DNA from: Geosiphon pyriformis uo1
Taxonomy: Eukaryota > Fungi > Glomeromycota
Assembly: GCA_016748015.1 (NCBI GenBank)
Contig: JAAOMT010000352.1
Location: forward strand, 558,001-622,000
Length of the DNA: 64,000 bases
Reading direction: 5' to 3'
Of the stretch, positions 1-12,397 are shown piece by piece (positions within the stretch are counted from its first letter, which is position 1; each line of letters starts with the position of its first letter). Position numbers and translations under genes: made by a program. Under the pieces are notes generated by a model. That model was not told where the DNA came from. It searched no databases and was given only the letters and a program-made list of their open reading frames with translations.

Positions 1-1013
1 CCAATTAAGAATAACTACTTTGAGGCCAAAAGATTGGCTTAATCCAATTCAGCAAACTTTACCACAGCCTTTTGCCACATTCCAATCAATTGAATTCTGA
101 TCAACTTAATTTTTCCAAATTTGGATACTGTGGTGATAATCATATCTTTAGGCATATTTATGGGAATTTTCTTAATTACCACAGTTCGATCTGACTTAAT
201 TCTTTGTTTCTTAAGATTGCTGTTTATATTAATCCCTTTTTTTTTGGCCAATAATGCAGTCATTTCCATGCTTTTTTCTGAAGTGAAGGTAGATCTGATG
301 ATCCTCTCAAATTTTGAAGAGATAGTGGCCTCCACAAAACCATTAACTAATGAAAAAATTTTTCTAACCAACTGAGTTTTGCTGTTGCCAATTTTTTTTT
401 CACAGCTGAGAGATTAATATTCAAAGCAAACAATTTTTTGATTGATACTTTTACTGGAGTTTTAATGATTTTAGGATCAATCCACTTTTTGTTAAAAAAG
501 ATGAGCAAGCAAGGAGAAAGAACAACTTTATTATCATCTATATTGAAATTGGGAAAACAGAGCAGAGAGCCAAAAACAGTACCAATATTGACTTGTTTTG
601 TCTTGGGTGTGGTAGCAGCTGAGCCCAGAAGAGACTCACTATTTGCTCTAAACATGTTAACATTTTTATTATTACCAGAAAAACTTTCCACATCAGAATA
701 TATATTATCACTAGGCCCAGATTTACTTAAGGAAATATCTTTTTTATCACTAAAGTGTTTAACATTTTCAAGGACAACTTTTTTCTTCTGCGAAAAGGAA
801 CTACTAGTAGGGCCATGAAAAGCATTCTTAGGTGCCTTTTTTTAGACATGGTGCTAATTGTAAAAGTCTCCAGATCTACAAAAAATGGGTTATTATTAGG
901 CAAAGAAATAATAATATAAACTAACAAAAAAAAATAAAAAAAAACTTCTTTTTTAGAAAATGCATTTTTTGAGAATTTTTGGAAGTAAGAGAGAAAAAAG
1001 ATTTTTTTTTAAA
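1..1013 (-). mobile_element. 5' part of a degenerate LINE (5' UTR + ORF1 N-terminus), continuing off the left edge
   Basis: ORFs 39-927 (VKVSIKKLFALNINLSAV, SKFERIIRSTFTSEKSM, IRIQLIGMWQKAVVKF) are homologous to ORF1 at 11133-11939. The 5' UTR at ~940-1010 resembles 11993-12060. Confidence 0.85.
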
Positions 1014-3000
1014 TAGTTATATAAGTAATAAATTTTTTAGCTGTAAAAAAACATAAAATTGAAAAATAAAGTTAAAATTAAAATAATAAAATAATATTTT
1101 TATATTTAATATTTTTTTATTACTTATTTTTTTATTATTTTTTAGTATTTAAACATCTGTAAATAAAAAATTATTTGTTAATATTTATATATTTTATTTT
1201 ATTTTTTTGATTTGTATTATTAAAATTAACTTAAAAAACAATTATTTGTTTTTGTAATTTATTAAATAAAAAAATAATTGAAAAACACAACAATATTTGT
1301 TATTAATTCTAAAAATTACTAAGTAAAACATAAAATAATAACAATAATATTATCTTATTAACAATTATAAACTATTTTTTATTTTTAGATTTCTTAGCAA
1401 AAATTAAACAACTATAATTTTAAAACTAATTACATATATTAAATTCATACAAATTTAATTTGTTTTTTTAATTAAATTTTATTATTATTATTATTTTATT
1501 TTCATATAATTTTGTTCTTAATTTATAATAATATTAATAAATATATTTATTTTAATTTTTTTAAGTTTATAAAGTAAAAATATTTAAGTAAAATTTAAAA
1601 TAAATTGTAATACTTAATATTTTTGTATTTTTTGACTTAACTTATATAATTAATAATCGTATTTAATAAAATTTTAATAGTATTATTTAATATATTATAA
1701 ATTAAAATTAAAATATGTTTGTAACTTTTAATTAATATATATAGATTAATAATAATTATTAAACTTAATTACATATTATTGATTTTGTTTTAAATATTTG
1801 TGGTTAATTTTTAAAATTATTATTAAATTATATTAAATATTAAAAATTAATTAAAACTTAGTTTTTATTATTATTAGTTTTACAAATTCCGTTTTTTTGT
1901 ATTTTTAATAATAACTTATATACATATTTTTACAAAAGCTTTGTTTTCAAAAATTAATACAATAAAGTATTTTTGGTTTTTAAAAATACAAAAATTGCTA
2001 TTTTAAAGCTAATGGTTTTTGTATATTAATTAATTATATATTATTAAAACAAAATTTTAATTGTATAAATTCAAATATAAAATTACTATAAAAAAAATGG
2101 TTTAATTAAAAATAATAAATTATTATTTTATATATTATATAACTTATTAAACAAAATTTTTAATAATATATTATATATATTTAATATTATTAAAACATTT
2201 ACAATAAATTTTAGTTTATATAATTATTGTTTTTTTTCAAATTTAATTAATAATATTATAATATATATATATATATAATTTTAATTAATTTAAATAACTA
2301 ATTATATATAATAATTATATAAATTATATTTAATTAAAAATACTTAATTTGTTTTTATATATTAAATAATAATTTGGTTTTATTTATTAAAATAATTAAA
2401 AAAACAATTATTAATAATAAAAAAAATAAATTCACAATTATTTTATTATTATTATTAAATATATTAAAATTTGGTTTTTTAAAAAAATTACTTTTATATT
2501 TTAATAGAATTTGTTTTAAGTATTATAATTATTAAATTATTTTAATAAACTTATTTTATTTATTATAGTTTTGACTGTTTAATTTTTATTTGTATTATTA
2601 AATTTATTCTTAAATCTTATTTATTTTTTTTAAAAAACCATTAAAATTATTAAAAAATATATATATATTTTTAATATTAATTTTTTGTTTAAAATTTATT
2701 ATATTACAGTTAATATTAAAACCAAAATTTTTTTAGCTTTTTTTATTATATTTTTAGCAAAACTATTCAAAACAATTAATTTCTAAATGAAAAAAATTTT
2801 TAACTTATAATATAAAAATAAAAATAAATAAATAAAAAATTTTTTTTAAAAAACATTTTTTTTTATTTTTAAAATAAACAAATAAAAAGTTTAAAAAACA
2901 CATTATTATTATTATTAGTATTATTTTTGCAATTTATAATTTAAAAATTATAAAATAAAATAAAAAAACAAAAAAAATTTTTGTTTTCTTAATTTTATGA
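1014..3000. repeat. Extremely AT-rich low-complexity tract, possibly end-stage mutated TE
   Basis: Almost only A/T, no ORFs in the track, no recognisable motifs. TE origin is inference. Confidence 0.6.
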
Positions 3001-5225
3001 CTATAATCAAAGCAAAGAATAAAAAACTGTAACTATTACTTTTTCTATAGTAACTAATAAAATTTTAATGTAAAAAAATCTCTCTGTTATTAAAACAACT
3101 AAACATAATGTTTTGGTTATATTTTGCTTAAATATTAATAATAAAAAACTGCTTTTAATAGTTACTAAAATATCTTCTTTATTTTTGGCTGGTTTTTTAT
3201 CAATTAAAATTCGTTTAAAAAAACATATTTGGATTAGTCACAATGTTGTTTTTATTTCTTCTAAGAGCCCAAAAGTTTTTAATAACAGATCTGTTAACAA
3301 GCTGGTATTTTTTATCATAGCTTTTATACTTAATACTACTAGCACTACTTTTTTAAACAAAATGGTCAAAAAAACCAAAGTTTCAAAAAAGTGAAAGCAG
3401 TTGTTTGCTTCTGCTATTGTTACACCAAATCTTTTGTGATTCCAACTGAAATCTTAAGTAAGATTTCTGTTACATTATCTGGCATATTATTTAAGATAAG
3501 CCAAAATTAACTACTGGCTGTATTGTTAAATGTGATATCTTTTAACAGATTTTTGTTAGTTTTAAAAGCAAAACAATTATTTTTTATTGGATTATCTGTT
3601 CTTGGAAACTGGGCTGATTAAATAGAAACTGAATCATCTTTTCTGGTTTCTAGTGCCGCTATTAGTAGTGCTTGAAAAATTATTATTAATTATTAAAGAT
3701 TTACTGAGTAGATAGTCTCTACTTTAGTATCTAATAATACTTTTAAAATCAAATTGGCTTATATTAGGGCTGTTTTTTGGTTTGTACATGGTTTTTTGGA
3801 TGTAAAGTCAGTATTAAAAAACAATGTAAAGCTTTTTTGTATAGAGTTTGCTTTCCAAAGTTCTCTGAATACTGCATTTTTGGTTGAACTTACAAGTTTT
3901 GATTGTCTTGTCACTCTTAAAATTGCCAAGTTTTAGTGGTTTCTGAGTCTAGTTCTTTTCTTGCTGCTATTGTGCTGTGTGATGTATCTTTGGATGTATT
4001 TGTTATCAATATTAAGTTAGCTCTTAGTGTTTTTGGTAAAGTTTTTTGTGTTGTGTTGAAGTCTGCTAGTGTTTAATAATATGTAGTTATTTACTTTAAA
4101 GAATTAAATGCTGCTGTATCTGTTTTTAATTACTAATTAATGTTGGTGGGCAAAGATAGTGTTTGAATTCTTTCTTTTGTAAATCAAAAAGAGACCATTC
4201 TGTTTTATAATAAGTTTAAGACCAAGTTGGTCAACTTTTCTTCTGGCTGTACTGCTTTTAAGATTAGTGATATAATTTTTCAAGTTGGTAATTAGACTTG
4301 TTTCATTTTTTATTTACCTAATTCTGGTCATTATTCTCAATTTGCTTTGGTTATATTTGGCTCTCAAGTTAATTTGAATTCTGCAATTGTTAAAACTGGT
4401 ACACTAAAAAAGTGCCATATTTGGTGAAAAATTTCTGGTTGTTAGTATTGCTTTAGATGTTAAGAAATAAACCATCTGGTTGTAAACTGTACAGTTTTTT
4501 TATCTTTTTCTTTTATGGCTTCCAAGATGTTTAAATTGTATTTTGTGAATAATGTTTTTTATGTTAAGGCTTCTGCTTATTCAGATCTTTTTGAGTTTTT
4601 TTCTTTAACAGCTTCTGCTTTTTTTTCTGTGGTTGTTGGTAATTTTCTGTTTTTCTCTTGGCTGGTGTCTTTAGAATTTGATTTGGTTAAGTTATTGGCT
4701 TTGATTAAATTAATTATTAAATCTATTAGTATATTGGTTACTGTATTTGAATATTTCATTAAGAGTGATTTTATTTTAAGCAGTATTCTTAGTTTAAGAA
4801 TCAATAAGCTTATGGTTTATTTGGGTTTTTTAGCAAATTTGTTTGTAAGTTGGAAAAAAAAGTGGTTTCTTTGAAAAAAAAGTGCTGTATAGATAATATT
4901 GATATGTTTGATAATTTGGAGTATTCAATTGGTGTAAATAATGATATGTTTTCTAACTTAATGTCTCTTTGGGCACATAAGTCTGTTAGTATTAAGACTA
5001 ATTTTTTAAAGACAGCCAAATAGCTGGTTAGATTAGTTTTTTATAGTGTTATTTTATTTAATATTATTTAAAAGATATTATCTTTGGATAAGTTTTCTTT
5101 TATTATATTAACTTACCATAATTTAAACTGGTTCAAGTAGCTAGTTATATGTAAAAAACATGTAAACTATATTTAGTATTAGAATACTTAGTTTGTTCCT
5201 AATTTTTAAATAGTAGTTGGGTCTT
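3000..5225 (+). mobile_element. Degenerate ORF1-only non-LTR retroelement (HAL1-like); its last ~30 nt are displaced to 12064-12097
   Basis: Broken gag-like ORF with RRM-like segments (LFCIEFAFQSSLN) and a CCHC knuckle CFRCxEINHLVVNC (~4450-4490). It runs directly into a LINE-like 3' tail (5125-5223) with no EN/RT. The 5' boundary is approximate. Confidence 0.65.
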
Positions 5226-5364
5226 TTTTTTTATTTTTTATTAGCATTTAATAAGTGAAGCCCAACTACTATTTAGTACATAGAGCCAAACTAAGTGGCT
5301 CAAACTAAATGCGATTCACGCAATGACTACATGCAACTAGCCACTCAGGCCAGACTAGGCAACA

Positions 5365-8300
5365 CTACACATCTATATAAACACAGGGGCAACCATCCAG
5401 ACCTGAAAAAAAAAGGCAAGGTCTGTGACAGCCAAAACTGACAGCAAAAGACTCAGCAATGCCAAGCATCCTCACCACACTATCTGAAAGCACAGAACAC
5501 ACCCTATTTGACAAACCTAAAACCAAACAATTATTACCAACCAAGCCAGCCTTCTCCATGTTTGCTCTGAATTTAGATCTAACTAACTAGATCCTAGATC
5601 AATGCAGCTCAACCAAGAACCTCACAAACTCAACCACCACTCCAGAGGCTTTTCCAGCATCCTCAAAAACACCCACTGCCTTAACAACTCAATATCTTAT
5701 CACAAAACCCTTACACAAAACCAAATACCTGCCAACATCCAAGTGACAAGAATCAAGAACTTTAAGAACAGAAGAGGAAAACGGATCACAATTGCCAACC
5801 AAAGATGCCCAGCATGCAGAAGCCTCCAGCAAAATTTCTGTCCGGGTGTGAACATCCTGCAAACAAGTAAAAACATGGTTCAGCAATTCCACCCCTCCAC
5901 ACAACAAACACTGAACACCTGGATAACATTTATTATATAACCTTTTTTTGACAGCCACTGGCAACTTTTTGTGTACAGCCTTCATTAAATATGTTCGAAG
6001 ATCAGCCAATTTCTGGTTAGTAAATCCAACAAGCATATATAAGTCAAGATGCCAGACCTTTGCCGAAGCAACCCAATTAAAATCCTCCAGCATGTCAACT
6101 GAGACCACATCCCAGCCTGAACCAGCCTCCCAATAAGCACGACAAACAGATCTAAACACATCTCTAACAAAGTGGCGGGCATTGTCCGAAATCACAGTAT
6201 TCTTAGCCATTAAACAACGCTCCCATACCCTTATTGGCAAAATGTAGAAAGAGCCAGCAGCTTCACCTGTAGACTTATCGGCTCTCATGTTGCCAAGAAC
6301 ACCAGCATAACCTTTGACTTTGACCCAACTCACACTGAGATTCTTATCCCTAATCAAGTTAAAAATATGCCTCTTTTTAATCCAGCAGCAATTACAAAAG
6401 TTCGGAACAAGAAACAATAATTCAGAGACACAAGCATCAATTGCAGCTTGGCTGTCGAGATGCAAAACCACAGAACAAGACAATAGAACACACTCTAAAG
6501 CCAGAGCAACAGCTTGCAACTCAGCCATAATAGAAGATAAAAGGCCAAAAATCCTGATACCAACACTCAAATCCAAAGCCGGGAAGTATGCAGCAGCACC
6601 ACTCGACACATCAGCAGATCTAGCACCCTTTAAGAACCCATCTGTATACACCTCAAAACAGCCAGACCAAATTTTATGTAAACCATCCTGTACAAAAGAA
6701 AACACATCAAAGTTCATAATACTCAAACCACCAGAATAGATAGTACCAGTAAAGCCCGGGGAGGAAAAACCCTGATCCAGAAAAAACTTAGAAGCAATCA
6801 CAAACCAATGGGACACAGGACCCTGCAGATCCAAACATTTCTAGTAACAAAAAGTCTTTCAATCTAACAACTCTCCCTTCTTATCAAAAAGCTGATCACC
6901 AAAAGCAACACCAAAGCATTTAAGAAACCAAACAGAACTAAAGTAAAGAGACTCTCCAAGAATTAAAAACATCAGAAAATGGTCAGGATAATGAAAAGCA
7001 CTAGAAATGTTGTTTACCAAAAAGAGATTATTGTCCAAAAAAATCTTCACAACATCTGCCAAAAAATTGTTCACCAGACTAATACACAACTTAACAGGAA
7101 ATTGAAAAGGATCCAAAGGAGCCCAACTCAGAACCTGCAAGTCCAGAAATCTATGCTCAAACAAGCGGCCAAGAATATCAGAGGCATTAGCAAAAGAGAT
7201 CAAAGAAGCCATCTTTTCCTCAGACTGCACCTGCTCAAAAGACTTCAGACCATACAGTAAAGGATGATGCAAAGCAGAATCAGAAAAATCACGAAACAGA
7301 CGTGCTTTGGATTTGAGGCCCTTTCTGACCAAAACGTTCTGCTTGTAGCACACACCAGATGAAACAAAACTAAACTGCGTTCGATAACTAACAATGGGCT
7401 GTAAGACAGCTGAGACCAAATAGGAAAACTGCTTATCCATAATCACTTTTTTGAGCACTACATTGATGAAAAACCAAACATCTGAGTGAGCCTTGGCCAG
7501 ACTGGGTTTGGACAACTCTTTAGTTGACAAAAAAATCCCCAAATATCTGTAAGCCTCACTCATCTTCACAATAGAAATCAGCTGACCACTTATATTTAAA
7601 GAAGCAACCTTAACACCCTGATTAATCAGTATGGCCACCGTCTTCTCATTGTTTATAGAAATATTGTTGATAAAAAAGAACTCACTAACAATGTTCAAAG
7701 CATACTGCATAGAAGCCTGGCAATCTCCAATCCAAATCGTATCATCCACAAAAGTGCCAGCTGCAAAAAAGAAAGTCATTCCACCACTATTCTCAATTCT
7801 GCCAGTTTTCGCCACAAACTTAGTATCAACGCGATATTCACACAAATGCTCATGCCTTTTAATTTCACACAAAAGTGGATCATAAAAGATCCTCCAAAGA
7901 AGAGGTGAAAAGACTTCACACTAATCAAGGCCATTATACACTCTATAGCCACCTGAAAGACCAAAATCAGTCATCACTCTATTAACCCTATCCATATGGA
8001 TACCACCAAAAAAGCTAATAAACCTTTCACACATTTTGATACAATGCAGACTAGCTCTTAAGTAATGCCAACCAACAGAATCATATGCCTTGCATATATC
8101 CTGCAAAACCAACCAAAGTTCCCTATTCTTCTCAAGAGCATCTTCGACCACCAATCTAATAGTGAACATAGGAGATTGAGTAGAAGTACCTTTTAGCACC
8201 AAAAAATTGTCACCACGAAGAACATCGAACCTGTTACATGTGAAGGAGATCCTGTCTGAGAGAATTTTGGAGAGAATTTTCCTGGCTGTTTCAATCAAAG

Positions 8301-10056
8301 CAATAAAGCAAGTATTTGTTAAAACCCCATCCCAATTATAAGGTTTTGGTATCATTGAAACCCAGGCTTTTTTCCACAAAGCAGGCACAAAACCAACAGA
8401 TAGACATGCATTCAACAACACCAAGAGACACTCCATCACCCTTTCACCATTATGTTTCCAAAGTTCATTAGGGATGCCGGATAAGCCAGCAGCTTTATCA
8501 TTAGGCAAACCACCAATGACCAAAAGCAACTCATTCAAACTAACTGCACTCATAACACCAGAAAAAGTATCATCCTTAACATGGGTCAAGGGAGCATACT
8601 GATGGGCCCAAAGGTCTGGCAGTACTGAAGGTACCACCCACCTCCTTATCCAACCCTCCATAATTTCATCAATCTTCAATTTTACTTTCTTTGGCTCCAA
8701 AACAAGCTTATCATCAACAACCAAATGATCCAGAACAACCTTCCAAAAGAGCTGATCTAAAACACACCTAATCATGCTACCTTTGTCAGAACAAAATTTT
8801 TCCATGCACTTTTTAATAGCATTCCTGACAGAAGCCTTCTGTAATAATTTCAATTCATACATTTTGGATTTCCTGTACCCTCTTTTGACAATTGATAAAA
8901 ACTTGAGAATGTCAACCCCCCTCTGACCAGACTGAACCATATTCACCAAAACAAGAGCCTTATCAGCATCTAACATAAACCATTTCTGCACAAGACGATC
9001 AAAATTAGAGGTATCAGCTGAGCCAAACTTTTTGACAATTTTGACGATTAGCAACTCCAAGCCCAGAAACTTAGAGGAATGTTTGTTTTTTGAACACCAA
9101 AACTCATTAAACTAACACCAAAAAAACATTTTATTCACAGAATCTACCAACACTTTTTCCAGCAACAACCACATAATATCCAAATTTAGCTTCGCAGCAG
9201 TGACATGAAATTCATTTATTATACCCAAAATTATGGCAGAGGAGCAGTCCCTAAAATGAGACCATCCAGCATCATCAACATTCTTGATATTAAACTTCCA
9301 ACAATCCTTGTTAGTCTGCTTGCACAAGCTATTCAAATGGACATCTAAGAGTCCACCCAAACCAATAAAAACCATAACAACATTGTGATCAGTGTTAAAA
9401 AAGTCCAAAACAGAGCCAACCCTATGGCCAGCAACAACAGAAACCAAATTCTCACTAACAAAGATAAAATCAATGGTCTTCTTGACCCCCCTAAAATTAC
9501 TCCATGTAGAAGTTCCAACCAAAAGTTGGCCAACAAATGAATTGACCAAACCCAAACCCGAGCAGAATTTGAAACTTGCACTTCTTTCTGATCCATTTTC
9601 ATTGAAGTCACCACCAAGAACAACAAAAGTGTTGGAGTTAATGGCCTTAGCAATAAGAGAATTCACCTCAAAAGCTTGACCAAAACAAACACCAGAAGAG
9701 GCACCAGCATACAAACCAATAACAGAAACCAAAAGTTTATTCCTGAACAAAAGCTGCACAACAATAACCCAGCCAGGAACCTCCTCAACCTTAGAAACAT
9801 GACGAGCCAAAAAATTGTTCATGATAATGGCAACACCAGCACTGAGAAAACCAATGTCCAAACCTAAAGTAAAAATTTGAACACCATCAAATTTATCCTT
9901 GATCCAAGGACCAATAGAAGACCTTAATTTCGTCTCAGTAATAAAAAACACCATCAAACCAGATTCTATGTGCCAATGGAAAACATCCACCTGTTTTGCA
10001 GGAACATTGATACCTTGGACATTACACATTGCAATATTCCATATCAAAGCACTCAT
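5365..10056 (-). pseudogene. LINE-a ORF2: APE endonuclease - RT - RNase H - CCHC zinc finger
   Basis: WNIAMCNVQG, TETKL, GGDFNE, TIDFIF, TDH (APE); DICKAYDSV, FVDDT, YRYLG (RT); YTDG, AELQA, LDSQAA, KVKG..GNMRAD (RNase H); CLLC..NHVFTC. Several premature stops. Confidence 0.92.
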
Positions 10057-11939
10057 TGAGCAGAAAAAGATAAGAGAAAACCCAAACCAGAACACAAAAG
10101 ATCTAATCTAACCAAAACAGAAATGACAAAAGCCTCCAAAGCTGACATTTTAGACTCCAAACTACCCATCTTGGTAGTTAGAACCTTTGAACTACTTGAA
10201 CTGAAGCCAGCACCCAAATCAGCACTTGGAAAATAGGGAGTGGACAATGCCAACTTACCATCTAGAGCCATATCAAAATCTAAAACAGAGACCAAAGGCA
10301 CAGAGCCAACCAAAAGAGAAGCACCAGCAGATGAAACCATGGGCACCAACTCAATAAAACTCAATTTCTTCACAATACTAGAAACTTGTTCAGCCAACAG
10401 CTTAAAAGAACATTCCAAAGATGCCAAACAAGCATTTAAAAAAGAATCATTAATTATAGAAGAGGGAAAATTGCCACCTAAACCTGAAGTCACAAGGGGA
10501 GAGAGACCAACACTAAGATCAGAACCAGAAAGAGAGCCACCAGAAGAGGAAGCAAAAGAAACTACCTGAGCCTATAATTTGCCACCAAAGGCAGCAGAGC
10601 GAGAGATAGGAACATTTTTCTTTGCATATAATTTGGCCAACTGAAAACAATCCATATTAGGAGCATGTTTTTTATTAAATGAACTCAAGAGATTAGAAGG
10701 CGACATATCTGATACATTACACTCTAGAGCTGAATGACCAAGATGTCCACACTTTCTACATCAAACCAAATCCAACCTAGCCCATGAGAGATAAACACCA
10801 CCAAAAACAGGCTCAGTGAGAAAAGCAAAATTCAGATCATTTTTAGATTTGAATCCAACCACAGCACAACAAACTCTATTGCCAGTGTCCAATGAACAAT
10901 TAATAATACAGGTTTTGCCACCAGTATTATCCAAAAGATTACTAAGATCATGCACAGTTGTTCCTGCTGGCAAAGTAAACAAAAGTGCCCTAAAACAATT
11001 CCTAAAGGCCCAAATATCATGATCTCCTATGGCTTTTGCCACATGCACAGAATCTTTCCAGATTAGGAATGACTATTTCGAAGCCAACATATTAGCCTGA
11101 CTTGATTCAGCGAACTCCATCACAGTTTTCTGTCATAACCCAATTAGTTGCATTCTGATCGACTTAATTTCACCAAATTTGGTGACTGCAGTGACGATCA
11201 TATCCTTTGGCATGTCCATGAGAATTTCTTTAATCACCATAGCCCAATCTGAGTGAATTCTTTGTTTCTTAAGATCGCTGTTTACTATGATGTTATTTTC
11301 TTTGACCAATGACATGGCCTTTTCCATGCTTTCTGATGAAGTAAATGTTGATCTGATAATCCCTTCAAATTTTGAGGGGGTAGTGGCCCTCCCAAAACCA
11401 TTGATTTTTGAAAACAATTTTCTGATGACTTGAGTTTTGGCCATAGCCGATTTGCCTTCTACAGCTGAGAGATTAATGTCCAGAGCAAAAGATTTTTTCA
11501 CAGACACCTCAACCTGAGTTTTAACAACTTTAGGATCAATCCATTTTTTTTCTAGAGAGATGGATACATGAAGAGGAAACACAATTTCATCATCATCTAT
11601 AGTAAAGTCAGGAGAGCCAAGTGAAGAACCAAACATTATGCCAGTATTAACACATTTTGCCTTGGAAGTGGTTGCAGCCAAATCCAGAAGAGACCCTCCA
11701 TATACACCTGTCATGCCAACATCCTTATCATCACCAAACAGACTATCCACATCAAAGTACACACTATCACCAGGTTCAGATTTACTTAAAGAGATATCTC
11801 TCTTATCACCAAAGTGTTTAACATTGCCAAGAACCATCCTTTTTTTTTGAACAAAAAAACCACCAGCAGAACCATGGAAATCATCTTTGGATGCCTTTTT
11901 TTTTGACATATCACCACCCAAAGCAGTCTTCAAATCCAT
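10053..11939 (-). pseudogene. LINE-a ORF1 (RRM-like + CCHC knuckle + coiled coil)
   Basis: ORFs 11133-11939, 10761-11048, 10053-10493; CRKCGHLGHSALEC at ~10720-10760; stop overlaps the ORF2 ATG (ATGA). Confidence 0.85.
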
Positions 11940-12063
11940 GACAAAGGGGTTATTGTTTAAGGAAATGTTGAAAGAAAACTAACAAAAAATAAAAAAACTT
12001 CTTTTTCAGAAAATACGCTTTTTGAGGATTTTTGGAGATAAGAGAAAAAGAAGTTTTTAAATT

Positions 12064-12097
12064 GTTGGGTCTTGTTTGTTAAATCTAATAAAAAAAT
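12064..12097 (+). mobile_element. Displaced 3' end and poly(A) of the ORF1-only element
   Basis: gttgggtcttgtttgttaaatctaataaaaaaa continues the tail at 5216 and resembles the LINE-a tail gttgggcttcacttattaaatgctaataaaaa. Confidence 0.75.
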
Positions 12098-12397
12098 AAT
12101 AATAATAAAAACAAGTTTATTATAACAAATTAATATTAATATATATTTTAATACTTAGTTTTTAATTTTTATTTACTAATAAAAAATATTTTATAATCTA
12201 TATGTTTAAATTTATAATAATTTTATATGTTATAAATTTTTAAATAATAAATTAAAAAACAAAAAAAATTAAATTAAAATATTTAATATTATTAATATTA
12301 ATAAATTATATAAATAGTTATAATAATTTAAAATATAATATATTTAAATATAATAATATTATAATTACTAAAAAAAGTTTTTAAGTATTTAAAAAAA

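Larger units (their letters stand above)
5226..12063 (-). mobile_element. LINE-a: full-length non-LTR retrotransposon with RNase H (inactivated)
   Basis: Poly(A) tail at ~5226-5240, TSD gttgggtctt at 5216-5225 and 12064-12073, ORF1 and ORF2 in order. Confidence 0.93.
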
